From the NCBI RefSeq assembly GCF_030144855.1, contig NC_082706.1:106702001-106766000 (forward strand): a stretch of DNA of 64,000 nucleotides, given 5' to 3'. The position numbers and the translations under genes were made by a program. This DNA is from Hypanus sabinus. Lineage: Eukaryota. Below the pieces are notes generated by a model. That model was not told the DNA's origin and did no database searches. It saw only the letters and a program-made list of their open reading frames with translations. Below, piece by piece: positions 1 to 11,480 of the stretch (its first letter is position 1; each line of letters begins with the position of its first letter).

Positions 1-959
1 GTCCATCCCCAGCTCCTTTGATGCTCCAACAAAGTTTGTGCCGCAATCAGACCTTAACTGTTTTGCAGGGCCTCTGAGCACAAAGAAGCGCCTGAGAGCG
101 TTAATGCAGCTGGATGTATCCAAAGATTCGATGACCTCAATGTGTACCGCTCTTGAACTAATGCAGCTAAACATGATGGCCCACTGCTTGTGCTCTGCTT
201 GTCCTCCTCTGGTGCATCTCATAGTGATAGTCCAGGGACCAAATACATCGAGCCCCACATATGTAAAAGGAGGACAGGCTTCGAGGCGTTCTGGTGGGAG
301 GTCCGCCATACGTTGAGCTTCCAACTTGCCTCGCAGTTTCCTGCAGGTTACACATTTATGAAGTACTGAATTGATCAGTGTTTTACCTCCCAAGATCCAC
401 AGTCCCGCTGCCCTTATTGCTCCTTCCGTCAGGTGATGGCCCTGATGCTTTACCTGTTCATGGTAATGGCGAGTGAGCAGTAAGGACACATGGCTGTCTT
501 TGGGCAGGATTACTGGACTTTTTTCTGCAGCTGGAAGTTGGGAATGTATTAACCTCCAATGCAAATGATATCGTTCTTCATGATCGGGCTGAATTTCCTC
601 AAAGGGCTGTCCTTTGGTATTGGTTTATTAACTTGGAGAGCTGAAAACTCCCCTGCAAAAGCCGCTCTTTGAGTTGCTTTAAAGATAACATCCTTTGCCT
701 GGGTCAATTCATCCACAGTGCAAGGTAAGTTACATTTGTGCCATAAGAAATGGAGGAAATTGCGATGGTCCTCCTGTACTAAGAAGCAATGGAACATCAG
801 CTGGATGTCCACTAAGATTGCAACCTTCTCCTTCCGGAAGCGCAGCAGGACCCCGAGAAGGGTATTGTTAAGATTGGGGTCTGTAAGGAGCACGTCATTA
901 AGGGAGACACCAGCGCACTGAGCACTGGAGTCGAAGACCACCCTGATCTGATTGGGCTT

Positions 960-3900
960 TTGTGGGTGGGTGACAATCTCGGGATTGCTACCGTGAGTGC
1001 GAGTGAGGCGAAGAATAGAAAGGTTATTCACATTAATACGAGGCTGAGAGCATGGTGCAGGAAGGAAGAGTTCAGGTTTTTGGATAATTGGTCTTTGTTC
1101 CAGGGACATTGGGATCTGTTTCGAAGGGACGGTCTACATCTGAACCGGAGGGGTACTAACATTCTTGCAGGAGTGTTTGCCAGTGCTGCTCGGGGGGGGT
1201 TTAAACTAGATGTGCAGGGGGCAGGGATCCAGATCCAGAGGGTTGATCAGAAGGAGCATGGGGTTAAATGTGTAGAAGGTTTGGGCGATCTTGAGAACGT
1301 CATCAAAATTCAGGGATCAATTAGCCCGATGGAAGTTCAAGGAGCTGGGTTAGGTACAGTAGACAGTGTTTTAAGCAAAGAGAGGAGGAATGGGCTAAGA
1401 ATTCTATACTTGAATGCATGTATTGTCAGAAATAAGACAGATGAGCTTGAAGCTCAGATGAAAATGGGGAACTACGATATTGTTGGGATAACGGAGACAT
1501 GGCTGCAAGGGGATCAGGCCTGGGAATTGAGTGTACCAGGGTATACGTGCTATCGTAGAGACAGAAATATGGGAAGAGGGGGTGGGGTGGCCCTGTTGGT
1601 GAGGAATGAGATTCAGTCCTTAGCAAGAGGTGACTTGGGAACAGGGGAAGTAGAGTCTGTGTGGATTGAGCTGAGGAACAGTAAGGGTAAAAAGACCCTA
1701 ATGGGTGTTGTGTACAGGCCCCCAAACAGTAGTGTGGATATTGGGTACAAGTTGATTAGGGAGTTAACATTGGCATGTGCTAAAGGTAATATAGTCGTTA
1801 TGGGAGATTTCAACATGCAGGTGAACTGGGAGAATCAGGTAGGTGCTGGACCCCAGGATAGGGAGTTTGTGGAGTGTCTAAGGGATGTATTTTTGGAACA
1901 GCTTGTGCTTGAGCCAACCAGGAACGAGGCTATTTTGGACTTGGTGATGTGTAATGAACAGGAATTGATAAGTGATCTTGAAGTAAAGGAGCCGTTAGGA
2001 AGTAGTGATCATAACATGATAAGTTTTTATCTACAATTTGAGAGGGATAAGGGCAGATCAGAGGTGTCAGTGTTGCAATTAAATAAAGGAGACTACGGAG
2101 CCATGAGGGAAGAGCTGGCCAAAGTTAAATGGGCGGATGCCCTGGCAGGAAAGACAGTGGATCAGCAGTGGCAGATATTCTTGGACATAATACAAAAGAT
2201 GCAAAAGCAGTTCATTCCAATGAGAAGGAAGGATTCAAAGAGGGGGAAGGGGCCACAGTGGTTGACAAAGGAAGTCAGAGATTGTATAGCATTAAAGAAA
2301 AAGAAGTATGACAGGGCTAAGATGAGTGGGAATACAGATGATTGGGAAAGTTTTAAGGAACAGCAGATCTTAACTAAAAAAGCAATACGGAGAGAAAAAA
2401 TCAGGTATGAGCTCAGTCTAGCCAGGAATATAAAAGGGGATAGCAAAAGCTTTTTTAGCTATGTGAAGAGAAAGAAGATAGTTAAGAACAATGTTGGCCC
2501 CTTGAAGAACGAATTGGGAGAAATTGTTATGGGAAACAGGGAAATGGCAACAGAATTTAATGCATACTTTAGATCTGTCTTCACCAGGGAGGACACAAGC
2601 AATCTCCCAGATGTATGGATGGGCCAGGGTCATAAGATATCAGAGGAATTGAGACAGATTGACATTAGGAAAGAAACTGTGATGAGTAGACTGGTAGGAC
2701 TGAAGGCTAATAAATCCCTGGGTCCAGATGGTCTGCATCCGAGGGTTCTAAAAGAGGTGGCTCAGGAAATTGTGGATGCATTGGTAATCATTTTCCAATG
2801 TTCCTTAGATTCAGGATCAGTTCCTGAAGATTGGAGAGTGGCTAATGTTATCCCACTTTTCAAGAAGGGAGGGAAGGAGAAAACGGAGAACTATCGCCCT
2901 GTTAGCCTAACATCAGTCGTGGGGAAGATGCTTGAGTCCATTATTAAGGACGAAATAGTGGCACATCTAGATGGCAGAAATAGGATTAGGCCGAGCCAGC
3001 ATGGATTTACCAAGGGCAAATCATGCTTGACTAATCTGTTGGAGTTTTTTGAGGGTGTAACAAGGATGTTAGACGAGGGTAAGCCAGTGGATGTTGTATA
3101 CCTAGATTTTCAGAAGGCATTCGATAAGGTGCCACATAGGAGATTGGTGAGTAAAATCAGAGCTCATGGCATTGGGGGCAGGGTTTCAACATGGATAGAA
3201 AACTGGTTGGCAGATAGAAAGCAAAGGGTAGCAGTGAATGGGTGTTTCTCGGACTGGCTGGAGGTGACTAGTGGGGTACCACAGGGCTCTGTATTGGGAC
3301 CACAGCTCTTTACGATTTATGTCAATGATTTAGATGAGGGCATTGAAAACTATATCAGCAAGTTTGCTGACGATACTAAACTGGGTGGCATTGTGACATG
3401 CGAAGAGGACGTTAGGAGAATACAGGGAGACTTGGATAGGCTGGGTGAGTGGGCAGATACTTGGCAGATGTCATTCAATGTGAATAAATGTGAAGTTATC
3501 CACTTTGGAAGCAGGAACAAGAGGGTAGAGTATTGTCTGAACGGTGTAGAGTTAGGTAAGGGAGAAATGCAAAGAGACCTAGGAGTCCTAGTTCACCAGT
3601 CAATGAAGGTGAATGAGCAAGTGCAACAGGCAGTGAAGAGGGCAAATGGAATGTTGGCCTTTGTTACAAGGGGAATTGAATACAAGAGCAAGGATGTCCT
3701 TTTGCATTTCTACAGGGCCCTAGTGAGACCACACCTGGAATATTGTGTACAGTTTTGGTCTCCAGGTGTATGGAAGGACATTCTGGCAATTGAGGAAGTG
3801 CAGCGTAGATTCACTAGGTTGATTCCTGGGATGGCAGGGCTGTCTTATGCAGAGAGATTGGAGAGATTGGGCTTGTACATGCTGGAATTGAGGAGATTGA

Positions 3901-4202
3901 GAGGGGATCTGATTGAAACGTTTAAGATAATTAAAGGATTTGATAGGATTGAGGCAGGAAATATGTTCCAGATGTTGGGAGAGTCCAGTACCAGAGGGCA
4001 TGGATTGAGAATAAGAGGTCAGTTATTTAAAACAGAGTTGAGGAATAGCTTCTTCTCCCAGAGAGTTGTGGAGGTGTGGAATGCACTGCCTCGGAAGACG
4101 GTGGAGGCCAATTCTCTGGATGCTTTCAAGAAGGAGCTAGATAGATATCTGATGGATAGGGGAATCAAGGGATATGGGGACAAGGCAGGGACTAGGTATT
4201 GA
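960..4202 (+). CDS. CR1 ORF2 (APE endonuclease + reverse transcriptase), uninterrupted, in frame with the ORF1 SGNH-esterase tail
   Basis: 1080-aa ORF. APE motifs YLNA, GITETW, YRPP, MGDFN, SDH. RT motifs QHGF, YLDFQKAFDKV, GVPQGSVLGP, FADD. The N-terminal part carries ORF1-type DGLHLN. Confidence 0.95.
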   Translation: MWVGDNLGIATVSASEAKNRKVIHINTRLRAWCRKEEFRFLDNWSLFQGHWDLFRRDGLHLNRRGTNILAGVFASAARGGFKLDVQGAGIQIQRVDQKEHGVKCVEGLGDLENVIKIQGSISPMEVQGAGLGTVDSVLSKERRNGLRILYLNACIVRNKTDELEAQMKMGNYDIVGITETWLQGDQAWELSVPGYTCYRRDRNMGRGGGVALLVRNEIQSLARGDLGTGEVESVWIELRNSKGKKTLMGVVYRPPNSSVDIGYKLIRELTLACAKGNIVVMGDFNMQVNWENQVGAGPQDREFVECLRDVFLEQLVLEPTRNEAILDLVMCNEQELISDLEVKEPLGSSDHNMISFYLQFERDKGRSEVSVLQLNKGDYGAMREELAKVKWADALAGKTVDQQWQIFLDIIQKMQKQFIPMRRKDSKRGKGPQWLTKEVRDCIALKKKKYDRAKMSGNTDDWESFKEQQILTKKAIRREKIRYELSLARNIKGDSKSFFSYVKRKKIVKNNVGPLKNELGEIVMGNREMATEFNAYFRSVFTREDTSNLPDVWMGQGHKISEELRQIDIRKETVMSRLVGLKANKSLGPDGLHPRVLKEVAQEIVDALVIIFQCSLDSGSVPEDWRVANVIPLFKKGGKEKTENYRPVSLTSVVGKMLESIIKDEIVAHLDGRNRIRPSQHGFTKGKSCLTNLLEFFEGVTRMLDEGKPVDVVYLDFQKAFDKVPHRRLVSKIRAHGIGGRVSTWIENWLADRKQRVAVNGCFSDWLEVTSGVPQGSVLGPQLFTIYVNDLDEGIENYISKFADDTKLGGIVTCEEDVRRIQGDLDRLGEWADTWQMSFNVNKCEVIHFGSRNKRVEYCLNGVELGKGEMQRDLGVLVHQSMKVNEQVQQAVKRANGMLAFVTRGIEYKSKDVLLHFYRALVRPHLEYCVQFWSPGVWKDILAIEEVQRRFTRLIPGMAGLSYAERLERLGLYMLELRRLRGDLIETFKIIKGFDRIEAGNMFQMLGESSTRGHGLRIRGQLFKTELRNSFFSQRVVEVWNALPRKTVEANSLDAFKKELDRYLMDRGIKGYGDKAGTRY

Positions 4203-4286
4203 TAGTGAATGATCAGCCATGGTCTCAGAATAGCGGTGCAGACTCGAGGGGCCGAATGGTCTACTTCTGCACCTATTGTCTATTGT
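969..4286 (+). mobile_element. CR1-clade LINE, 5'-truncated, inserted into the BEL/Pao RT region
   Basis: Contains the ORF1 esterase tail, a full ORF2, a 3' UTR and a (CTATTGT)2 tail. The BEL frame PTFGVY|HPQKPNQ is split exactly across the insertion. Confidence 0.95.
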
Positions 4287-7142
4287 AAACCCCAAACGTT
4301 GGGAGGTACCAGCACTTCCCGCCTTCCTTCAGTGGCGGTGCTACTTCAGCATGTTCATTAGCGAAGATCTTCTCCATAAATGCTACGTATTGTTGCTGCA
4401 TCTCAGGACGTGAACTGCTTGACTGCCTGCTCTTTGTTGTTTGGCAAGCACTGGCGTGGTTCTCTGAAAGGTATTGGGGCGACCCAATTATTTGCTTCAT
4501 GTCTGAAGACTTTGGTGTCCATTATTTTTAAGAAAATGGCATCTTGAGCTGATGGACCAAGTTTATTATCATGCTCAGTTTGAGCGAAGACTGACTGACC
4601 CAGCGTCTTGTCGGTTACTTTACATTTGTTAAAGCCTTGTTGTGCTTCCTTGATACACATGAAACTTGCGCAGGGTTGAAAAATTGAATGGCGGCCACTC
4701 TCTAGCACATTGGTCTTGAGTGTGTTAACTGTCGGTTTGTGTACATTGCCAAGGCACACCTCTCCTATCACCACCCAGCCCAGATGCAGGCGTTGCACAA
4801 AGGGGGTGTTGTGGGGTCCATTGACCTGCTGCCTAACCTTGTGCACCCGGAGAACATCTCTTCCTAATAGCAGGAGTATTTCTGCCTTTGGATCCAGTTC
4901 TGGGTTGTGTTTGGCGATGTGGTGGAGACGTGGCTGGTGTAGCACCGCATTTGGCGTCGGGATCTCAGTGTGGTTATTCAAAATTTCATTGCACTCTAAG
5001 AGTGCAGGGAGACAGATGACAACCTTACCATCCAGGGACTTGAGCTGGAAGCCTTCTGCCTTCCTTCCATAAGTTTCCACGCTGCCTGAGCAAGTTCTAA
5101 GGTAGTATGGGAACTGATTAGTCTCAATGTTGAACAAGTCAAAGAACTCTGGACTGACTAGTGAGCAAATGCTCTGATCGTCCAGAATTACATTGGCTTT
5201 GATGGCCTTGACTTTGGCTCCCTTAGGGTACACCTTAGTGAGACAGATCTTTGAACAAGAACGGCTTGACTGAGCTTGACCGCAAACTTCTGTGCAGCTC
5301 GAGCTGACAACGGTTGTCCTGGAGTGAGCCTCTTCCTCTCCGCCGTCCTGTTGTGAGGGTGAAGGAGCTTTGTCGGTTTGCAGTAATGGGCTCGGATGCA
5401 TGGCCCCATTGTGATTAGTGCTATTACATTACTGGCACTTCACGGAGATCGTACACATTCTAGCAAGGTGAGAGGTAGAGGAACAGCATTTAAAACATAT
5501 TTTTTTCTCCTTGAGAAGGGCCATCCTCTCTTCAAGGGGTTTTTCCCTAAACGTTTTGCATTTTTTGAGGGGGTGGGGTTTGTTAGGCAATGGACAATTC
5601 TTGCTAGGGTCATTGTTAGTTGTAAAGGCTTCAGTCTTAAGCACTGAGACAGGTTTATTAATGTTGAAATTATTCGAAGTGGATTTAACTGGCTTGGTGT
5701 AAATTGTACTGCTACCTGGACTCATGAGGCTAGGGTCGTTTCACTTCTTTGCCTCCTTGCACACAAACCTAGTGAAATACTCAAAGGGAGGAAATCAACC
5801 ATCGTTCTTTTCCTTGTACTCTGAGCCAACAGACACCCACCTTTCCTGCAGCCCAAATGGAAGTTTGTCTAATCCCTTATGAAGTATCTAGGTATAATAG
5901 ACCAGTTAAATAGCCGTCTTCTTTGGTGCCTTGAATCTCAATGAGTAAATCTCCGAGCTCTCTTAACTTAGTGTGGTCCTTGGCTGACACCTTAGGAAAA
6001 TTTTCCAGATGTTAGAATAATGCTGCTTCAATAATTTCAGGGGCCACATAGCACTCCCAAAGTCTCTCCCATGCTTTGCATAAGGCTAGTTTGGGATTGT
6101 TAATGTACACTGAACGTATGCGTCTCACCTGTTCGCATGATTCTTTTCCCAGCCATTTCACCATAAGATCCAACTCTTGGGTTGCTCTGAGCTGGACTCC
6201 GTGGATAGCGTTGGCGAATGTGGAGTACCATGCACGGTAATTTTCAGGTTTATCGTCGAACTGGTATAGTCCTGAAGTGACGAGATCTCGTCGTGCTAAA
6301 TACTGTGCCATGGGTTCAACTGCAAGTGGCATGCTGGCTGGGGGAATATGTCGGCGGGTATATGACTGAGGGCGTACATCTGTTATGGAATTTGCTGTTC
6401 TGAATTCAGCCTTTGCCTCTCTTCTCGCCAAATCTGGTAAGTTTGGTGTCGAGAAGTATTTGTCATCAGCCCTTTCATTCTTGAATTCATCGCGGAGTTG
6501 CAAGGGTAAATTGTCTTCCTCGGATGGATGTGAAGCAATTGGGCCTCTCTGAGACTCCTCATGAAATGGGGCGTTAGCGTATAAGTATGGAGAGGAAGAA
6601 CAAATCTTCAAGTCTATTTGAGATCGGACATAGTCGCTTGTGCGTTCCAATCTGATCTTTTCTGAAGTAGATTTTACATCAACCAGATCGTGCATTTCTT
6701 CAGCATTTTCTATTAACTCTGCTTCCACCCTGGCAGCTTCTGCTTCTCGGTGTAGCGTCAGCACTTCTAACTCTGACGCTATCCTTACCCTTTCCAACTG
6801 GTTTTTGGCTTCTCTGGCAGCTGCTTCTTTCTGGTTTTCGGCTTCTCTGGCAGCCACTTCCATTTTCAATTTTGCTTCTTGTTCGGTGTAGAACGCTCGC
6901 ACCTTGGCGGCTTCTGCCTTAGCTCTTGCATTGTCAGCCTTACTTGATGATGCCCTACTGCCCCTGTCACTGGATGACAACAACTTGATGCTGGATCGAG
7001 TTGTCATTGCAGCACTTGAAACACCTAATAATACCGCCTTTTCATTGTAACGTTCTCGCTCAGGTGTAAAAGAACTCTGAACTAAACACCAAGGTAAACC
7101 ATAGTCAATGAAGACAGGATCACAGTAAGAGTAACCTTTTAC

Positions 7143-7722
7143 TGTTCACTCTTCCACATTAACGTATGGTGAAAACTGTTGATAAAACAAATCAAAATAC
7201 ATACAGTATTTGTTTCCTTCTTGATATCACATTTACATCGTAAATACTTGCAAAAGTAAAACTACAACTACATTACATTAAAGTGCAACATACAGTCGAA
7301 ATCTACCTACGTCATTGACTGTTTTAAATACACTTCAACATAAACTATCCGCAACTCTTTAAATAATAAAAACATAAACCTTATCAACCATCATTACTTT
7401 TAACAGAATCAGCGTTAACATTTTTAATTCAACATATCGATTATCTCATGAATTTACGGCGTTGCTTCACTATGTTTCTAGTGCGTAGAAAGAAAACTTT
7501 TCTCACGCTGATCCTGCACATGTGAGCCCCCTCCTTCCCGTTTCTCCAAACCGGTATTTTCCCACAAGACGAGGTGAAACCGGATGTGATGTCATCGCAT
7601 GCCGCGATATATCACAGACAACGAATTTACTTTAAACAATCTTAACTTTAACTAGAAAATGATAACAAACAAATTACTAAAGCGAAAATATTATAAGCTA
7701 AACAAATGCCATAAAGGCAACA
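7143..7722 (-). repeat. Probable 5' LTR of the BEL/Pao element
   Basis: About 580 bp bounded by TGTT...AACA, upstream of gag on the minus strand. The flanking CR1 frame (ORF 7698-7970) breaks at 7722. Confidence 0.6.
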
Positions 7723-9650
7723 CAATCCACTTCCTTAATATCTGCATGCTCAAGCTTTTCAGTCCACACTAGGTCACCCCTACAATCGCCAAGACCCTTT
7801 TCTGTAGTGAATACTGAAGCAAAGTACACATTAAATACCTTTGCTACCTCCTCTGGTTCCACACACATTTTCCCACTGTCACACTTGATTGGTCCTATTC
7901 TCTCACATCTTATCCTCTTGTTCTTCACATATTTGTAGAATGCGTTGGGGTTTTCCTTAATACTGTCCACCAGGCCTTCACACAGCCCATTCTGGCTCTC
8001 CTAAATTCATTCTTAAGCTCCTTTCTGCTAGCCCTATAACCTTCTAGATCTCTATCATACCTAGTTTTTTGAATCTGTCATAAGCTCTTATTTTATTCTT
8101 GGCTAGATTTACAACAGCCTTTGTACACTATGGTTCCTATACCCTACCAACCTTTTCCTGTCTCATTGAAATGTACCTATGCAGATCCCCACGCAAATGT
8201 CCACCAAGTTCCTGCCTGATAGCCTCTTATTTCCCCTTAATGCAATTAAAAGCTTTCCTAACTTGTCTGTTTCTATCCCTCTCCAATGCTGTGGTAAAGG
8301 AGATAGAATTGTAATTACTATCTCCAAAATGCTCTCCCACTGACAGATCTGACACCTGACCAGGTTAATTTCACAATACCAGACCAAGTACAACCTCTCC
8401 TCTTGCACACTTAACTTCATATTGTGTCAAATAACCTTCTGAAACACAACCAACAAATTCTACCGCATCTAAACCCCTCCCTCTAGGGAGATACCAACCT
8501 ATATCTTGGAAATTTAATTCTCCCACCACAACAACCCTCTTATTAACACACCTTTCTAGAATCTGTCTCCCTATCTGCTCCTCCATATCCCTGTTGCTAT
8601 TGGGTGCTCTATATAAAAAAACAGTAGACCCGTTCCTGTTCCTAACTTCCACCCACAGAGACTCCATAGACAATTCCTATATAACTTCCTCCTTTTCTGC
8701 AGCCGTGACACTATCTCTGATCAACAGTGCCATGCCCCCACTTTTTTTTGTCTCCCTCTCTGTCCTTTCTCAAACATCTAAAGCCTGGCACCCGAAGTAA
8801 CCATTTCTGCCCCCTGAGCCATCCAAGTCTCTGTAATGGCCACAACATCATAGCTCCAAGTACTGATCCAGGGTCTAAGCTCACCCACTTTGTTCATTAT
8901 ACTCCTTGCATTAAAATACAATCTTAATTTCAAATCTCAAACCATCTGAGCGTGTCCCTTTTCTATCACCTGCCTATCCTCCCTCTCGCACTGTCTCCAA
9001 GTTTTCTCTATTTGTGAGCCAACCCCCTCTTCCTCCGTCACTTCAATTCTGTTCCCACCCCCTAGCAATTGTATCTTAAACTCTCCCCAATAGCATTTGC
9101 AAACCTCCCGACGAGGATATTGCTTCGCTTGGGATTCAAGAGCAATCCGTCCTTTTTGTACAGATCACACCTGCCCCAAAAGAGATCCCAATGATCGAGA
9201 AATCTGAATCCCCGCCCTCTGCTCCAATCCTTCAGTCACGGATTTATTGTCCACATCATTCTATTCCTATTCTCACTGTCACGTGGCACAGGCAGTAATC
9301 CAGAGATTACTACCTTTGAGGTAGTTCTTCTCAACTTCTTTCCTAATTCCCTGTAGTCTGTTTTCAGGACCTCCTCCCTTTTCCTACCTATGTCGTTGGT
9401 ACCAGCTCGATGCACCTGGCGCAGAGGTGGCCGTTCGGGAGGCCGGGTGTCTCCAGGATTTCCCACATCTGACACCGAGCACAGAACACCGGCCTCACAC
9501 ACATAGTTCCTGTCTGTATTCTACACAGAAAACCTACCTGCCCTCGACCCGTACTCGCCGAAGACCCGTTGAGCCAAAGCCTTTCCACTCTGTCGGCCGC
9601 TCCTCCCACTCCCGCTCTATAAAGCTGACTTCTTTTAAACTCTTCTCGCT
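7723..9650 (-). mobile_element. Degenerate CR1 LINE (ORF1 Zn-finger/esterase and endonuclease fragments)
   Basis: Minus ORFs give CARCQMWE...HLCARCIEL, GTNDIGRKR...SGLLPVP, YRAPNS...VVGELN and NPNAFYKYVK. Confidence 0.85.
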
Positions 9651-9939
9651 GTTCTCACTGGCTGACTCAATGGATCGAATGGCCTAATCCTGCACAGATG
9701 TCTTGTCTTCTTACGGCTGGGAGAGCGATTGCAGTCGGAGAATGTACAGAAGAAGTTCTTTATTCGATTAACTGAACCTGCGCTAAAGGAGTTATCAAAA
9801 GAAAAATTATTAACGAATGAGTTAATTTTAACGGGAATGTTTGCGGGAGAGGTTTGCAACTAGTTTTGGGTTACTTATGCAACTTGGATGTTTACAGAAA
9901 GAGGGTCCTGGGCATTCAATAAAGGACGTGCACTGCCTC

Positions 9940-10640
9940 GGCACCACGGTAGCCCAACGATTAGCGCGACTGTATTACAACTCCCAGTTGTAAATTGTTC
10001 CGTGATTAGGTTAGGGTTAATAGGATTTGTCGGGGGTGGCTGGGCCTATTTCGCGGTATATCGCTAAATAAACAAACAGATATCGTGCTTTCAAATTTTC
10101 CAACGGAAGCTACTGTAAACAAACATTTACTGACAGGTTCTGCCCGGTTGGAATCATTAAAACCACGTTCACAGGGAAAGATGAAGAGATTCACAGACAT
10201 GTTGCAGATGGCATTCGGTTCATCAAACATCCCACCCAACGGAACCGACAGCGAATACGGTCGCAGTGACGGGGGAACAGGAGGCGCAAGATTACACAAA
10301 GTGAAGGCCAAGATGCTGAATTCGGGGGAGTCTGGTTGAATTATCTCCATGTACTCCTGCCGTCTGAAGGCGCCGAGTAACACCCCTTCCTCACCGCTCA
10401 CTGAAGACACTTGCTCCAACTGTGGTGTTAGGCGGGAATTTGTACGCTGTTCCTGTGACCGGGTGGGTTTCCTCCGGCTCCTCCGGTTTCCTCCCACGTT
10501 TAAAACACGTATGGGTTAGCAGGCGCCCAAAACAACACACACAATATGCTGGAGAAACTCAGCAGGCCAAGCAGTGTTTACGGAAAAGAGTAAATAGTCG
10601 ATGTTTCGGGCCGAAACTCTTTTTCAGGACTGGAAAGTAA
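9940..10640 (+). repeat. tRNA-derived SINE fragments and a Penelope-terminus-like repeat upstream of V1 (paralogous copy at about 38335-39100)
   Basis: CACGGTAGC...GATTAGC head, GGGTTTCCTCCGG..CTCCGGTTTCCTCCCAC core, and AATATGCTGGAGAAACTCAGCAGG...GTTTCGGGCCGAAAC, all resembling other copies in the window. Confidence 0.6.
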
Positions 10641-10759
10641 GGGGAGAAATCAGCGTGAGAAGTCATTCAGCATCTGAAAATTTCTCCTGTAAGCGGGTTA
10701 GTAGGTTAATTGATCACATGGGTGTAATTGGATGACCCGGGCTTGTTGGCCCGAAAGAC

Positions 10760-11017
10760 CTGTTATCGTGACGTATTTCTTCATGTTAAGCGAGAGCAAG
10801 TTCGAACCCAAAAAAACTCGTCTAATGAACTGCTGTGCAATTCTACCAAAATCTCATTTCATGCGGAGGAAGTAATAGTGTGTCGTTTTCAAATGGGGTT
10901 GGAAGGCGTGGTCTGTGACACGTTAACAGAAAGTGGGACGTGAAGCGTGGTGTTATTTATAACTAGCCAGGCGACATCTAAATCTGTGTCACATTCAGTC
11001 ACAACTCGACAAACAAC
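10760..11017 (+). promoter_or_regulatory. Probable TRGV1 promoter
   Basis: TATTTATAA at 10954-10962, about 55 bp upstream of the ATG. CRE-like TGACGTA at 10769-10775 next to TTATC. The region is strongly conserved with the V2 upstream region. Confidence 0.55.
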
Positions 11018-11057
11018 ATGCGGCTGGGTTGCGTGGCTTTTGTGATACTTTTTCTCC
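11018..11057 (+). CDS. TRGV: TRGV1 leader exon (MRLGCVAFVILFL, phase 1)
   Basis: Hydrophobic signal peptide with donor GTTAGT at 11058. An 84-bp intron runs to TTTTTCCACAG at 11141. Identical exon precedes V2. Confidence 0.85.
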
Positions 11058-11141
11058 GTTAGTTGATTTATTTTCATCCACTTACACACTGTTTGTTTCA
11101 GTCTTTCAAACATGTTATGACTTTGATTTCTTTTTCCACAG

Positions 11142-11441
11142 GCAGATGTCTCGGTGCTGAATTGACACAGTCTCCGATGTCCATTACCCGAAATGAGGGC
11201 AAAACGGCTACTATGAGCTGTGATCTGGGCTCAGCGAACACGAACATCATCCATTGGTATCGGCAGCCAGATGGGCAACTCCCGGTCAGGATCCTTTATT
11301 ATAATAAAGGGAGCACCGTACGCGAGGATGGAATTGATGACAGATTTACAGCGAGGAAAGATGGAGAAAATCAGTATTCTCTTATTGTGACCCGTCTCAA
11401 GAAAGAGGATTCCGGCACCTATTACTGTGCCTATTGGGACC
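11142..11441 (+). CDS. TRGV: T-cell receptor gamma variable exon, copy 1
   Basis: IgV fold: ELTQSP...MSC...IHWYRQ...DRFTA...EDSGTYYCAYWD. The YYCAxWD end is typical of TRGV and is followed directly by an RSS. Confidence 0.93.
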
Positions 11442-11480
11442 CACAGAGTTAAACTGCAACCGGTGCCGCTGACGAAAACT
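11442..11480 (+). other. 23-bp-spacer recombination signal sequence of V1
   Basis: CACAGAG (11442-11448) + 23 nt + ACGAAAACT (11472-11480). Confidence 0.92.

Larger units (their letters stand above)
1..7722 (-). mobile_element. BEL/Pao LTR retrotransposon remnant (5' LTR, gag, protease, partial RT, integrase), interrupted by a CR1 LINE; 3' end lies outside the window
   Basis: Minus-strand frames show gag (6012-7007, LYQFDDKPENYRAWYSTF), a Cys/His knuckle (5429-5725, CFKCCSSTSHLARMC), a protease-like ORF (4403-5401, ILDDQSICSLV), BEL-type RT (549-968, KPNQIRVVFDSS...LLRFR...DIQLMFHCF) and an integrase core at about 1-350 (GLDVFGPW...SRAVHIEV...LRRFFVLRG...RSDCGTNFVGA). Frames are broken. Confidence 0.85.

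Noticed and set aside
11063-11141. ORF-track starts at 11063 and 39470 (MIYFHP.../MIDFHP...)
   Set aside because: These read through the leader intron. The spliced leader at 11018 and 39425 gives a proper signal peptide.
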